Assembly: GCA_038998625.1 (NCBI GenBank)
Contig: JAWADS010000001.1
Span: 9,222-73,221, forward strand
Source of the DNA: Candidatus Aenigmatarchaeota archaeon
GTDB taxonomy: Archaea; Aenigmatarchaeota; Aenigmatarchaeia; CG10238-14; SCSR01
Length of the DNA: 64,000 nt
Direction: 5' to 3'
Numbering within the stretch: the stretch's first letter is position 1; every line of letters begins with the position of its first letter. Made by a program: the position numbers and the translations under genes. The notes below the pieces were generated by a model that was not told the origin of the DNA, made no database searches, and saw only the letters and a program-made list of their open reading frames with translations. Positions 38,318 to 47,879 of this stretch are shown here, piece after piece.

Positions 38318-39259
38318 TTAGTCTAGGAAATCTTCTTCTTCAATCTTTTTTGGTAGGTATTTTTCTGTCATATATTTCAATCCTTTACCAGAGAGGGATT
38401 CCAATTCTGCTTTTATTTTTCTCTGAATCAAAAGTTTTAACTCTTTTTGCCATTCTGGACTTTTAAACCATTCATAATTTAGCATCTCTTGCGCCCTTTT
38501 AATATCAACTTCTTCAGCTTTAATGGTCCACTCCTTTAAGTCGAATTTATCTATATCTGAAATTGTTAATCCTAGGAATTTTGCCTTGGGCGTTCCCAAT
38601 TTTTCTGAAATATGGCTAAGGGATATGGAGCCGTGCTTAACAACAGAATAGATATACCATCCCCAACTATCGGCATCAGTAAATACATAAACAGGGAGGT
38701 TAAATTCTTGAGATAATCTTTGAATTAATCTTCTTGCTCCTCTTGATGCCTGACCTTGCAGTCCAAGCAAAATGCATTTATGTTTTCTCCAAAATTTATC
38801 TTCATTTAATCTTTCCCAAGCCGCTACTTTTTCCACAACCAACAAATAATCTGCATTCATTTTTTTGAATTTTATGTCTTCTACATTCGAGGGAATGCTC
38901 CATCCTCCAGAGCCTAATTTAGACCAATCAATTATGTCACCCATATCTTCAATAACAACATTACCCACAACTCTTCCTCTAACATCAGCATTAAGATGTA
39001 ATTGTTCCCTTAGAATGTCTAAGGAAACTTCCAAATCTACAACAATGGGATCACTTTCATTTTGTTCATTAAAGGTATTTTCATTGGAGTTGGGTAGTGT
39101 TTTCTTTAATGCATAGAACATGTCCCTTAGGCTTGTGTGTAAGTTTTGTTCTATAAGTTCTTTTGTAAAGGCGGCTACCAATAAAGTTTGCATAAATTTT
39201 TTGGCATGCGCTATGTTGAAGAAATATCTTTTTGCAGTTTTATTTCCTAAAGTTAACAT
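38318..39259 (-). CDS. top6A: DNA topoisomerase VI subunit A (Spo11-like)
   Basis: Catalytic-Tyr motif SLRDMFYAL; Toprim LLVVEKVAAWERL...LLGLQGQASRGARRLIQRL...PVYVFTDADSWGWYIY. Confidence 0.8.
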   Translation of the reverse strand: MLTLGNKTAKRYFFNIAHAKKFMQTLLVAAFTKELIEQNLHTSLRDMFYALKKTLPNSNENTFNEQNESDPIVVDLEVSLDILREQLHLNADVRGRVVGNVVIEDMGDIIDWSKLGSGGWSIPSNVEDIKFKKMNADYLLVVEKVAAWERLNEDKFWRKHKCILLGLQGQASRGARRLIQRLSQEFNLPVYVFTDADSWGWYIYSVVKHGSISLSHISEKLGTPKAKFLGLTISDIDKFDLKEWTIKAEEVDIKRAQEMLNYEWFKSPEWQKELKLLIQRKIKAELESLSGKGLKYMTEKYLPKKIEEEDFLD

Positions 39260-39365
39260 CCCAGTTTTTGCATCGTATATTATATTAGATAAAGTCCTTA
39301 GGGGTATGTCTAAATTTGGATTATCTCCTTTTTCTATATCTTGTAAAATTTTTTCTCCTAATTTT

Positions 39366-40937
39366 CTAAGTTTTTCCTTCGCCTCCTTCAGATTCTCCCA
39401 CCTCAGTTTTCTTTTTGATATATTCTTCTAACTTTTTCTTTATTAACTCTTTATCCCCCTTCGTTAGTTTTGATAAACTTTCCGCAACTTCTGGTATGTA
39501 TCGAGCGAATAGTTCTCGTCTTAATTGTCTTTCCCTTAACTTAACTTTATGCCTTATATATGTGGCCAATTTTCGTCCCGCTTCTTGCAACGCTAGTTTC
39601 ATTTCTTTTAAAATTTCAGGATAGCTTGCGATGGCTTGTTTTCCTTCTGATGTATAAGGTACCCAAACAGATGCAAAGTGGATTAAAATAACAAGCGGAC
39701 CAATAGGTAATTGTCCAGAGGGCTGGCTAAAACCATAACGCCTCCAATCCACTTCAGTTACAGCTTCTGTAGCTACACAATCTTTAGCATGATAAAGAAG
39801 AGGAACTTTATTAGCATATCTTATTATTTTTACCGGTTCTTCTGGAGATAAGTTGCCTCCATACGCTAAACCAACTTCCACAATGAATGGAAATCCGCTG
39901 TAAACGCTGGGAGGTCTGCTAACCGCAACAAAATGCTCAGCCTCAACCTCTTTTTTTAGTCCTTCGATTATCAAATCTTCGCCTAAAGGTGATAATACAT
40001 CGGTGGGCGGAGCAACTAATTTTACCATTTGCATTGCTTTATGCAACCTTTCTAATTCGTCTAAACTTAATTCTTGTGGTTTTCTGCTATATGGAACCCT
40101 TGCTAATTTACAAATTTGTTGTGCAGATTTTTTTCCAACTCTTGAAAAATCTTTTGTTAAAAAGCTAATCAAATTTCTTGCTTTAGTAGAGTATGCCATT
40201 CTTCGTAAAACTCCCAATTGAACTCCATAAGGATGTGGTTTAATTTCTTTTGGTCTAGTTGGAATTTCATTGGTAACTCTCTCAAATGTTATTTTTCCAG
40301 TAGGTCCATGATAAATGATTCTTGCATAGGGATTAGCTATTGCAGTTTGTTTTAAATATTCTAGAATAGATTGCTTTCCTTCTACATATCTTCCTTCCAC
40401 TTCTAATTCTATCTTTATTCCGTGCCATTTTTCCGGATTCCTTTCAATTTTATGTGCTAGAATGTGAGGAGAGTTTTTTGTTACATCAATCATTAAATCA
40501 AAGATATGAATATCTTTCCCTGTAGACGAAATAATTTTAACAGGCTTTCCAGTTGTTAGTTGCGAATATAAGACTGCTCCAGATATTCCAATTCCTTGGG
40601 TCCCTCTACTTTGTCTCAATTTATGAAATTTCGTTCCATATAACAATTTTCCAAAAGCCAAAGGAATTTTTTCCGGCACTATCCCTGGGCCATTATCTTC
40701 CACAACTACTTTAAATCTATCTATACCAGTTTCTTTTATACTTACTTTAATTTCAGGCAACATGTTTACTTCATTGGCCGCGTCTAAAGAATTATCCACC
40801 GCCTCCTTTACTACAGTAATTAAAGCCTTAGTGGGATTTTCATATCCTAAAAGATGTCTATTCTTTTCAAAAAATTCTGCCACGCTAATTTCTCTAAATT
40901 CTTCTGCTAATTGTTCTGCTGTTACTTTTTCATCCAT
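39366..40937 (-). CDS. top6B: DNA topoisomerase VI subunit B (GHKL ATPase)
   Basis: Bergerat fold motifs VKEAVDNSLDA, EDNGPGI, GTQGIGISGA; about 523 aa; upstream of top6A in same orientation. Confidence 0.85.
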   Translation of the reverse strand: MDEKVTAEQLAEEFREISVAEFFEKNRHLLGYENPTKALITVVKEAVDNSLDAANEVNMLPEIKVSIKETGIDRFKVVVEDNGPGIVPEKIPLAFGKLLYGTKFHKLRQSRGTQGIGISGAVLYSQLTTGKPVKIISSTGKDIHIFDLMIDVTKNSPHILAHKIERNPEKWHGIKIELEVEGRYVEGKQSILEYLKQTAIANPYARIIYHGPTGKITFERVTNEIPTRPKEIKPHPYGVQLGVLRRMAYSTKARNLISFLTKDFSRVGKKSAQQICKLARVPYSRKPQELSLDELERLHKAMQMVKLVAPPTDVLSPLGEDLIIEGLKKEVEAEHFVAVSRPPSVYSGFPFIVEVGLAYGGNLSPEEPVKIIRYANKVPLLYHAKDCVATEAVTEVDWRRYGFSQPSGQLPIGPLVILIHFASVWVPYTSEGKQAIASYPEILKEMKLALQEAGRKLATYIRHKVKLRERQLRRELFARYIPEVAESLSKLTKGDKELIKKKLEEYIKKKTEVGESEGGEGKT

Positions 40938-41444
40938 TTAACTCCCCCTTTGTCTTTCCAAAAAATTATAAACAGTTCCGTGCTTCTTGCCTTCTAAAAG
41001 CATTTCTACAGCTTTCTTTGCTTTTTCTAAATCATTCCATTTTCCAATAATACTTATTGTTTTTCCATAAATTACTATCTTTACATTACAAATCCTTTCT
41101 ATCATTTTTTTAATCTTCCCTTCCCTTCCTATAACTCTACCCTTCAAAACAATTTGCCTTTTCCTTGATTTACCCGCATATTCCTTTACTTCTATTGTTT
41201 CAAAGAAATAATCTTCATCTAGAAGGGTTAAAGCATCTTCAAAACTGAAACCTCTTCCAAAAGCCTTTAATACATTTTTAACTCTTAAAAGCATTAATGG
41301 ATCTTCGCATTTTATACCAATTTCTTCGTTTAAATTTAATTCTGCATTACAAAATTTTTTCAATCTTTCTACCCAACTTTTATTTTTCTTCAGAAGTTTA
41401 ATCCTTTCTTCCGGTATTGCTAAATATTCTATCATTTCAACCAT
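40938..41444 (-). CDS. KH-domain RNA-binding protein (archaeal Dim2/Pno1-like)
   Basis: About 168 aa with two KH-like segments (GKSRKRQIVLKGRVIGREGKIKKMIE). Confidence 0.5.
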   Translation of the reverse strand: MVEMIEYLAIPEERIKLLKKNKSWVERLKKFCNAELNLNEEIGIKCEDPLMLLRVKNVLKAFGRGFSFEDALTLLDEDYFFETIEVKEYAGKSRKRQIVLKGRVIGREGKIKKMIERICNVKIVIYGKTISIIGKWNDLEKAKKAVEMLLEGKKHGTVYNFLERQRGS

Positions 41445-42181
41445 TTTTTAAACCAGAGGGCTGATATTTCAAAAGCATAATTTTTATGTTCAGGATTGGA
41501 AAGGCTGTGATCTGCATCACTAATAACTTCTAATTTTTTTGGTTTATTGGCTTCTTGGTGGGCTTTTTCTGATTGTTTAGGATTAACTATCGCATCTTTA
41601 GAACTCACTATGAATAAAATCGGACAATTTATTTTTTTTATAGCGCTAATTACATCAATATTAATTATTTCCTCAAAAAATTTTTCACTAATTGGAATTC
41701 TTCTGTTGTCTTTAGTTAAATAATTCACATAACCTTTCCTTTCCATTTCTCTTAGTTTTTCATGGTCAAAAAATTTTAAAAAAACTTCTTTCGGAAAAAT
41801 TAAAGGATTGATTACTGTAATACAATTAATTTTTTCATTAAAACTTAAAATGGCTATTGTTCCCCCTAAGCTGATTCCAAACAATCCTATTTTTTCATAA
41901 CCTTCAGTTTTAACTACTTCTATTGCTCTTTTCATATCTTCAACTTCTTGTGATATAGTAATATCTAAACTGCTGCCTTCGCTTTCACCATGGCCAACAA
42001 AATCAAACCTAAAAGTTGCAATATCATGAAAAGAAAAAATCTCAGCACCTTTTTTAAAATAATCTTTGTTTCCCAAAAATCCATGGGCAAATATTACACA
42101 TGATTTATTTTTATTAGCTCTGTTTAAAATTCCAACTCTTTTGTTTTTACCTGAGTAAAAAATGATTTTTTCTTCAGGCAT
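41432..42181 (-). CDS. alpha/beta-fold hydrolase
   Basis: HGFLGNKDYF and GISLGG nucleophile elbow, C-terminal His (DHSL). Confidence 0.55.
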   Translation of the reverse strand: MPEEKIIFYSGKNKRVGILNRANKNKSCVIFAHGFLGNKDYFKKGAEIFSFHDIATFRFDFVGHGESEGSSLDITISQEVEDMKRAIEVVKTEGYEKIGLFGISLGGTIAILSFNEKINCITVINPLIFPKEVFLKFFDHEKLREMERKGYVNYLTKDNRRIPISEKFFEEIINIDVISAIKKINCPILFIVSSKDAIVNPKQSEKAHQEANKPKKLEVISDADHSLSNPEHKNYAFEISALWFKKWLK

Positions 42182-42223
42182 TTTTCACCTCTAATTTTAT
42201 TTCTAATTTTATTTTTTAGAAAT

Positions 42224-42547
42224 TTATTCAATGGAGATACTTTTTATGTAATTTTTTCTTTTTAACCAATTTGCTTGGGTAGGAGTATATTTAAAAATCA
42301 CATCCCCCCTTTCCTTACTTTGAACCTTCCATGGCTCTACTAAAACTAAATCCCCAACTTTAATCCAAATTTTTTTCCTCAATTTTCCAGGAATTCTTAC
42401 AATTCTAGTATTACCATCATCACAAATTACTTTCAATTTGTCCCCTCCTAGCATTTGCTCTACTACCCCCAAAACTTCATTTTGTTTGGGAATTCTAATT
42501 CTGGCTATTTCCAATTCTTCTTGGGTCAATTCTTGCTTTTTCGCCAT
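42224..42547 (-). CDS. translation initiation factor aIF-1A
   Basis: EVLGVVEQMLGGDKLKVICDDGNTRIVRIPGKLRKKIWIKVGDLVLVEPW matches the eIF-1A S1-like OB domain. Confidence 0.85.
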   Translation of the reverse strand: MAKKQELTQEELEIARIRIPKQNEVLGVVEQMLGGDKLKVICDDGNTRIVRIPGKLRKKIWIKVGDLVLVEPWKVQSKERGDVIFKYTPTQANWLKRKNYIKSISIE

Positions 42548-42623
42548 CCCATCACTTTATTTAGTATTTTACACCATTAATTAAATTTTAAATACATATC
42601 TTTCTGTTTTTAATGAAGATAAT

Positions 42624-43310
42624 ATGCGTTATGTAGCTTTAGTCCCAGCTTTTAATGAAGAAGAGAATATAGAGAAAGTGATTAAACTTCTAAAAAATTT
42701 GTTCTATATGGATGTTGTTGTAGTGGATGATGGCTCTAAGGATAGAACAGCCGAAATAGCAAGGAAAAGTGGTGCAATTGTTTTAAAACATAAAATAAAT
42801 AAAGGTAAGGGCGAAGCCTTGAGGACTGGTTTAAATTATATTTTAAAGAAACATAATGCCAATTATGTTGTTTTAATTGATGCTGATATGCAATATCATC
42901 CTAAAGAATCTGTAAAGTTGTTGAAATTATTGGAAAAAAACGATGCAGACATTGTTATGGGATATCGAAATTGGAAGAGCATACCTTACTTTAGACATAG
43001 GCTGGGCAATTTCTTCTGGCGATCACTTTTTAATTTATTATTTGGGACAAAGTTTAAAGATACAAATTGCGGCTTTATGGCTATGAATAGGATAGCTATA
43101 AAAAAGATTAAAAACAATATTCATGGGGGCTATATCATAGAAAATTCTATTTTAGCATCTGCTCTAAAAAATAAATTAAAAGTAATGCAAGTTCCAGTAA
43201 GTGTGAAGTATAAAAAGAAAAGTGGTATAAGAAGAGGAATTAGGATATTTCTAGGGGTTTCAACTTTTATATTGTGGGAAGGTTTAAAATATAGATTAGG
43301 CATTAATTGA
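42624..43310 (+). CDS. family 2 glycosyltransferase (dolichol-phosphate sugar transferase-like)
   Basis: VPAFNEEENI, VVVDDGSKDRT, LIDADMQY (DxD) motifs. Confidence 0.7.
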   Translation: MRYVALVPAFNEEENIEKVIKLLKNLFYMDVVVVDDGSKDRTAEIARKSGAIVLKHKINKGKGEALRTGLNYILKKHNANYVVLIDADMQYHPKESVKLLKLLEKNDADIVMGYRNWKSIPYFRHRLGNFFWRSLFNLLFGTKFKDTNCGFMAMNRIAIKKIKNNIHGGYIIENSILASALKNKLKVMQVPVSVKYKKKSGIRRGIRIFLGVSTFILWEGLKYRLGIN

Positions 43311-43377
43311 ACAAAAACTAATTTTTTAAATGGATTGATTAATTTAATAAATTTCAAAGTAGATTTAGAATAATTTA

Positions 43378-43481
43378 GGGACGGTAGCTCAACCCGGGAG
43401 AGCAACTAAAGCTCTAAACCGCCTGAAGAGCGGTGCGTTGTGGGTTCAAAAGGCTCTTGCCTGAAATTCCCACCCGTCCCA
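43378..43481 (+). tRNA. tRNA-Phe(GAA) with two predicted non-canonical introns (13 nt after position 26; 17 nt in T-loop)
   Basis: GGGACGG-TA-GCTC-AACCCGGGA-GAGC-A-[actaaagctctaa]-ACCGC-CTGAAGA-GCGGT-GCGTT-GTGGG-TTCAAA[aggctcttgcctgaaat]T-CCCAC-CCGTCCC-A. Confidence 0.6.
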
Positions 43482-43500
43482 TATAATTAGAGAGATAAAC

Positions 43501-44067
43501 ATGGTAGAAAAAGTTTGGGAAGGAGAATTAATTGAAAATAGAGTAATAATTTGGGATAGTCAAGCTGTTAATCTTTATGATGATTCTGGTTATGGTAAGC
43601 CCTTACCAGAGGACAAACCTGATAGAGTCGAATTAGATTTGGTGGAAGCCGCTTACTTATTAGAAAAAGGTAAGTTAAAAGTTTTTTTAAAGGAGGATAA
43701 GAAGAAAAGATATCTTAACTTTAATGAATTAATGGAAATAGGAGCAAAAAATATAAATCAGTTTCACCCTCAATTTATAGTTTTTCGCGACTTAAGAGAA
43801 AGAGGATATCTTGTTAAAACTGGTTATAAATTCGGTGCGCATTTTCGTGTTTATGATAGAGGAGTTAAATTGAAAAGAGGTCCAAAAGCTCCTCATGAAC
43901 ATACTAAATGGGTAGTGCATGCAGTACCAGAAGAGGCTGCCTTTTCATTACCTGAAATGTCTAGAGCAGTTAGATTAGCACACAATATAAGAGCGACATT
44001 TTTATGGGCAGTTGTGGATAAAGAGTCAGATGTCACTTATTATCAAATAACTCGTGTCACACCTTAA
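43501..44067 (+). CDS. endA: tRNA-splicing endonuclease EndA
   Basis: LVEAAYLLEKGKLKV; catalytic region GYKFGAHFRVYDRG...HEHTKWVVHAV...RLAHNIRATFLWAVVD closely parallels archaeal EndA (Tyr/His/Lys triad). Confidence 0.8.
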   Translation: MVEKVWEGELIENRVIIWDSQAVNLYDDSGYGKPLPEDKPDRVELDLVEAAYLLEKGKLKVFLKEDKKKRYLNFNELMEIGAKNINQFHPQFIVFRDLRERGYLVKTGYKFGAHFRVYDRGVKLKRGPKAPHEHTKWVVHAVPEEAAFSLPEMSRAVRLAHNIRATFLWAVVDKESDVTYYQITRVTP

Positions 44068-44123
44068 TCTCAATAGCCATTGATTAAGCATATAATTTAA
44101 TTTTAAGGAAAGATGGTGATGAA

Positions 44124-44324
44124 ATGGGAAGAATAAAAACTTCTTTTATTAAAAATTTGGGGGAAGAACTATACCAAAAGTATTCTGATAAGTTTTCTGA
44201 AGATTTTGAAAAAAATAAGGTAATTCTCAAAGAACTTATTGACATGAAATCAAAGAAATTGAGGAATATTTTAGCTGGTTATATAACTAATCTTAAGAAA
44301 AGAGAAAAATTACAACCATCCTAA
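44124..44324 (+). CDS. rps17e: 30S ribosomal protein eS17 (S17e)
   Basis: MGRIKTSFIKNLGEELYQKYSDKFSEDFEKNK matches S17e N-terminus; 66 aa. Confidence 0.8.
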   Translation: MGRIKTSFIKNLGEELYQKYSDKFSEDFEKNKVILKELIDMKSKKLRNILAGYITNLKKREKLQPS

Positions 44325-44365
44325 AGGTTTAATGTTTTAAAACATAAGTAAATTTTAAGAGGAAG

Positions 44366-45493
44366 ATGCTAAAAAAAGCTCAAGCAAGAATAGATGAATT
44401 TGCTTTTGTTCTTCTTGCAGGTGTTATATTAATTGTTATTTTAATGGTTGCTTGGACGACTCCAACTTCTGCTATTCCTTTAGTCGAGCCCAATTCCATC
44501 TCTTTAACTATAGGCTTAGGTACAACTAAAAGTGCTGTGTTAAATATAACTGGAATGCCTTCTACAAATGTTACATTATCAGCTTTTGGTAACATTGCGA
44601 AATTCACAAGATTCAGTAAAAATAATTTTGATGTCTTTGGCTCCGAGTTAGTTACGGTAATTTTCTCTATACCACCCAATGTTGCTACAGGCCTTTATAC
44701 AGGAAAGATAATCGTGAATTCTTCAGCTGGCTCAGCAAATATTCCTGTAGAAATAAATGTAGTTAATATAACAGCTCAACCCCTTTCAGTAAAGGCTATT
44801 CCTCTAGGGGATTTCTCTATAGTTGGGCCTAGCAAAACATTAGATTACAAAGAGAATCTCTATGTGGAGAGAAGCTATTTCTCAGAGCGCATATCGATAA
44901 TTTCTGGTGGCTTCTTAGCTGAAGAAGAGCTTGCGGCTTTAACAGGCGCAACTCTACAACTTTTCATATCTGAAACTAATGGATTAAGTAATTTAATTGT
45001 GGAAGTAAATGGAAAGGAAGTTTTCAAAGCAAAAGTTGACATGGGCTTAATAAACATACCCATAGATCCAAGTATTATTGGTGAGAAAAATGTCATTAAA
45101 ATAAGGGCAGATCTTCCAGGATGGCTATTTTGGACTTCTGCATATTACAGAATTGAGTCAGCTAAATTCTATGTAACTTTAAAAGGAATATTTTCCAAAG
45201 AATTTATTTTTTCCCTTTCTCCAATGGAGGCGACAAATTTTGATAGATTGCAAATCCAATTTATAGTTTTGAAATATTCTTCCCCTCTACCAGAATTATT
45301 TATAGAGGTGAACAATCAGCCTATATATGCTCAATCACCACCTTTGGCTTTATTTAATGCAACCTTCACAAAAGATTTATATGGCAATGGCTTGATGATG
45401 TTGCCTGGCAATAACACATTAAGATTTTTCTTCAGAAGGCCAGGAATTTATGATGTTGGCAATGCTTTGCTATTGTTCTTTTATAGAGGATAA
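44366..45493 (+). CDS. secreted/membrane-anchored hypothetical protein (beta-rich)
   Basis: N-terminal TM/signal FAFVLLAGVILIVILMVAWT; 375 aa, no recognisable enzymatic motif. Confidence 0.4.
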   Translation: MLKKAQARIDEFAFVLLAGVILIVILMVAWTTPTSAIPLVEPNSISLTIGLGTTKSAVLNITGMPSTNVTLSAFGNIAKFTRFSKNNFDVFGSELVTVIFSIPPNVATGLYTGKIIVNSSAGSANIPVEINVVNITAQPLSVKAIPLGDFSIVGPSKTLDYKENLYVERSYFSERISIISGGFLAEEELAALTGATLQLFISETNGLSNLIVEVNGKEVFKAKVDMGLINIPIDPSIIGEKNVIKIRADLPGWLFWTSAYYRIESAKFYVTLKGIFSKEFIFSLSPMEATNFDRLQIQFIVLKYSSPLPELFIEVNNQPIYAQSPPLALFNATFTKDLYGNGLMMLPGNNTLRFFFRRPGIYDVGNALLLFFYRG

Positions 45494-45498
45494 GCAAA

Positions 45499-45581
45499 TG
45501 GGCCTGTCCGGAATCGAACCGGAGTTTCGACCGTGTGAGGGTTTAACGCTTCGTCGCGTCCTACCACTAGACTACAGGCCC
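45499..45581 (-). tRNA. tRNA-Val(CAC) with predicted 12-nt intron inside the anticodon stem
   Basis: GGGCCTG-TA-GTCT-AGTGGTA-GGAC-G-CGAC[gaagcgttaaac]C-CTCACAC-GGTCG-AAAC-TCCGG-TTCGATT-CCGGA-CAGGCCC-A; removing 12 nt gives a perfect 5-bp anticodon stem. Confidence 0.65.
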
Positions 45582-45920
45582 TTAACTAATTATTGAGCCT
45601 TGGAAATCATATTTTTTAGTGAAAATTTGATTGAATTCTTCCCCAAGTTTTTGATCTAAATTTTCTAAAATTTTTTGGATCATTTCAAAGAAATCATATC
45701 TACAAAGGAACAAGTCCTCTGATTTCACTTTCGCTTTGATTATTCCAAATATTTCGATTTGATTTTTCTTCTTAAGCCAAGTAGCTAAGGAGGAAAAGAA
45801 TTTTTGTACTTCTTCTTTTTTAATAATTCGATTAATGGGCCAACCACAAATAGCACAATATTTACCATAATAAGAATCAGATTCATCTTCAGAATCTCTG
45901 CATTCCAAACAAACTTCCAA
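45582..45920 (-). CDS. small zinc-ribbon protein, hypothetical
   Basis: TTG start; CLEC...CAIC CxxC pairs; the in-frame upstream region with another CDVC pair has no canonical start. Confidence 0.35.
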   Translation of the reverse strand: MEVCLECRDSEDESDSYYGKYCAICGWPINRIIKKEEVQKFFSSLATWLKKKNQIEIFGIIKAKVKSEDLFLCRYDFFEMIQKILENLDQKLGEEFNQIFTKKYDFQGSIIS

Positions 45921-46181
45921 ACCATTAAAATTTTTAGAATCCTCTACAACATCTCCACATACGTCACAAATTTCTAATGTAGAAGTATTGTTTTCTTTGA
46001 AAATATTTTCAGAGTATTTCCATATGACATCAAGGATTTGGGGTTAGTTTTCCCCTCCAGATGCCGATAAATTTGTGTAAGAGAAATTAATGTTCTTGAA
46101 CTTATCGCACCTGGAGGTTCTCATGATAATAATTTTAAAACTGTTAATTTTTAAAAGCTTTTCTATACTTCTTTATCTAAT

Positions 46182-47465
46182 TTAAAAATCTTTAAGAGAT
46201 TTCTGAGTTCGTAATTTTTTTTCTTTCAGTATGATATTTTCATTAAAAACTGGCTTACCATACAACCCATCTGATCCAGCGATGTATTTAACTTTCCCTT
46301 CTCTAACTTTTATAATTGCGTCTGCAATTTTTTCATTCGTAACTTTTAACAATTCTTCCTTAGCAACATTTAATAAAACATTGAATTCATTACCAAATTT
46401 TTCAATGATTTTATTATACTCATGTAAAACTTTTTTTGAATAAAATTCTTCACCCAAGATAAAGGAAATTATTTCATATAAAGGCAACAATGTTTTGTAA
46501 GGAATGGCATCTTTAGGTATAAAACCTTCTGGCCTATCTGCTAATTCTTCAACCCTTTGCAATACTCCTACAGTAAGTTTTCTCTTACATTTTGGGCAAG
46601 TGTTATTAAACTTTTGTGCTTCTCTAGGATGTAAACTTATTCCGCAACTTCTATGGCCAGTGAAATGATATTTTCCATAATTTGGGTCTGTTTCAATAGT
46701 ATACAAAAATTTTTTTCTATCTTTATTTTTTATCGCATTATAAATTTCCTTGTAGCTTAATTCTTCTAGCTCTAAAACATTCGCCTCCCTTCCCAATCGC
46801 CAAGGATTAGCTGAATGAGAATCAGAATTGGACATTAAAGTTACTTTATCTAAACTACTTAATCTCCAATTCATAGCTGGATCACTGGACAAACCAGTTT
46901 CTAATGCAAAAATATTTTTTATTTGATCTTGATAGCATTCTTCTAAAGAATCGAATCCTGATTTTGAGCCGAAAACAGAAAACCATGGAGTCCATGCATG
47001 GCTCGGCAAAATTATAATATCTCTAGAAATGCTCATTAAAATCTCCACTAACTCAGGAGAAGTTAATCCATTAAAGGTAGGTCTGCCATCTAACTCTAAA
47101 TTGCTTTTTTTTGATAAAACGTCAATGATTTGCTCTGCCGTTTCGATATTTGGTACATAAAATAAATGATGAACTTTTCTGATTTTTTTATCTTGCTCAT
47201 AAACAGTATTTACCTCACCAGTTATCATCCAAAAAATTTTGTATTTATAAATTCCGCTATCGCCTATAGGTTTCAATTTTTCTTTTAACTCCTTTAACCA
47301 TTTTGGATGTGTGCAATCGCCACTACCCAATAAATTTAGACCTTTAACTATAGCGCCATTAGCTAGAGTATCTATGGAAATATTTTTACTCGTGGCACGT
47401 GAATATTTTGAATGGATTTGTAGATCTGCAATTATTTTCATCACAACCAACTTTTGAATTTCCAA
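46182..47465 (-). CDS. endonuclease Q (EndoQ; PHP-like domain plus zinc finger)
   Basis: DLQIHSKYSRATS, LNLLGSGDCTHPKWLKELKE, VHHLFYVP, SNSDSHSANPWRLGRE, CPKCKRK closely parallel Thermococcales EndoQ. Confidence 0.8.
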   Translation of the reverse strand: MEIQKLVVMKIIADLQIHSKYSRATSKNISIDTLANGAIVKGLNLLGSGDCTHPKWLKELKEKLKPIGDSGIYKYKIFWMITGEVNTVYEQDKKIRKVHHLFYVPNIETAEQIIDVLSKKSNLELDGRPTFNGLTSPELVEILMSISRDIIILPSHAWTPWFSVFGSKSGFDSLEECYQDQIKNIFALETGLSSDPAMNWRLSSLDKVTLMSNSDSHSANPWRLGREANVLELEELSYKEIYNAIKNKDRKKFLYTIETDPNYGKYHFTGHRSCGISLHPREAQKFNNTCPKCKRKLTVGVLQRVEELADRPEGFIPKDAIPYKTLLPLYEIISFILGEEFYSKKVLHEYNKIIEKFGNEFNVLLNVAKEELLKVTNEKIADAIIKVREGKVKYIAGSDGLYGKPVFNENIILKEKKLRTQKSLKDF

Positions 47466-47863
47466 TGGGAGTGCATTTTTATTATCATCAAATCAGATAA
47501 AAAATCTAAAATAAGATGGGCCAGCATAGACAAAAGAAAAATTGCTATAAAAGTATTGATAAGATTTGCGATGGGCAATGATATTAAAATTATCAGAATT
47601 GTTAAAAAATTGTGGAAAGGCAAAAAAGTTTTTCTATATCTATCTGCTTTCATAACTTCTTTTATGAATTTCCAAAAACCGAGATTCTTATACAATTTTC
47701 TCATGGTGAAATGATCGATATCCGGGAATAGACATCCAGCAACAACAACTAAAATCAAAGTTTGAAAATCTATTTTTGGTAAATAGTAATGAATTAAGCG
47801 AATCATTAAAATTGGCAATACGATATGGGAAATATTGTGAAGCATTATTTTTATGTTTACCAT
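47441..47863 (-). CDS. membrane-bound metal-dependent hydrolase-like protein (DUF457/YdjM-like)
   Basis: 140 aa, 3-4 TM, FPDIDHF motif. Confidence 0.4.
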   Translation of the reverse strand: MVNIKIMLHNISHIVLPILMIRLIHYYLPKIDFQTLILVVVAGCLFPDIDHFTMRKLYKNLGFWKFIKEVMKADRYRKTFLPFHNFLTILIILISLPIANLINTFIAIFLLSMLAHLILDFLSDLMIIKMHSHWKFKSWL

Positions 47864-47879
47864 ATTTTTTCATTTCATT

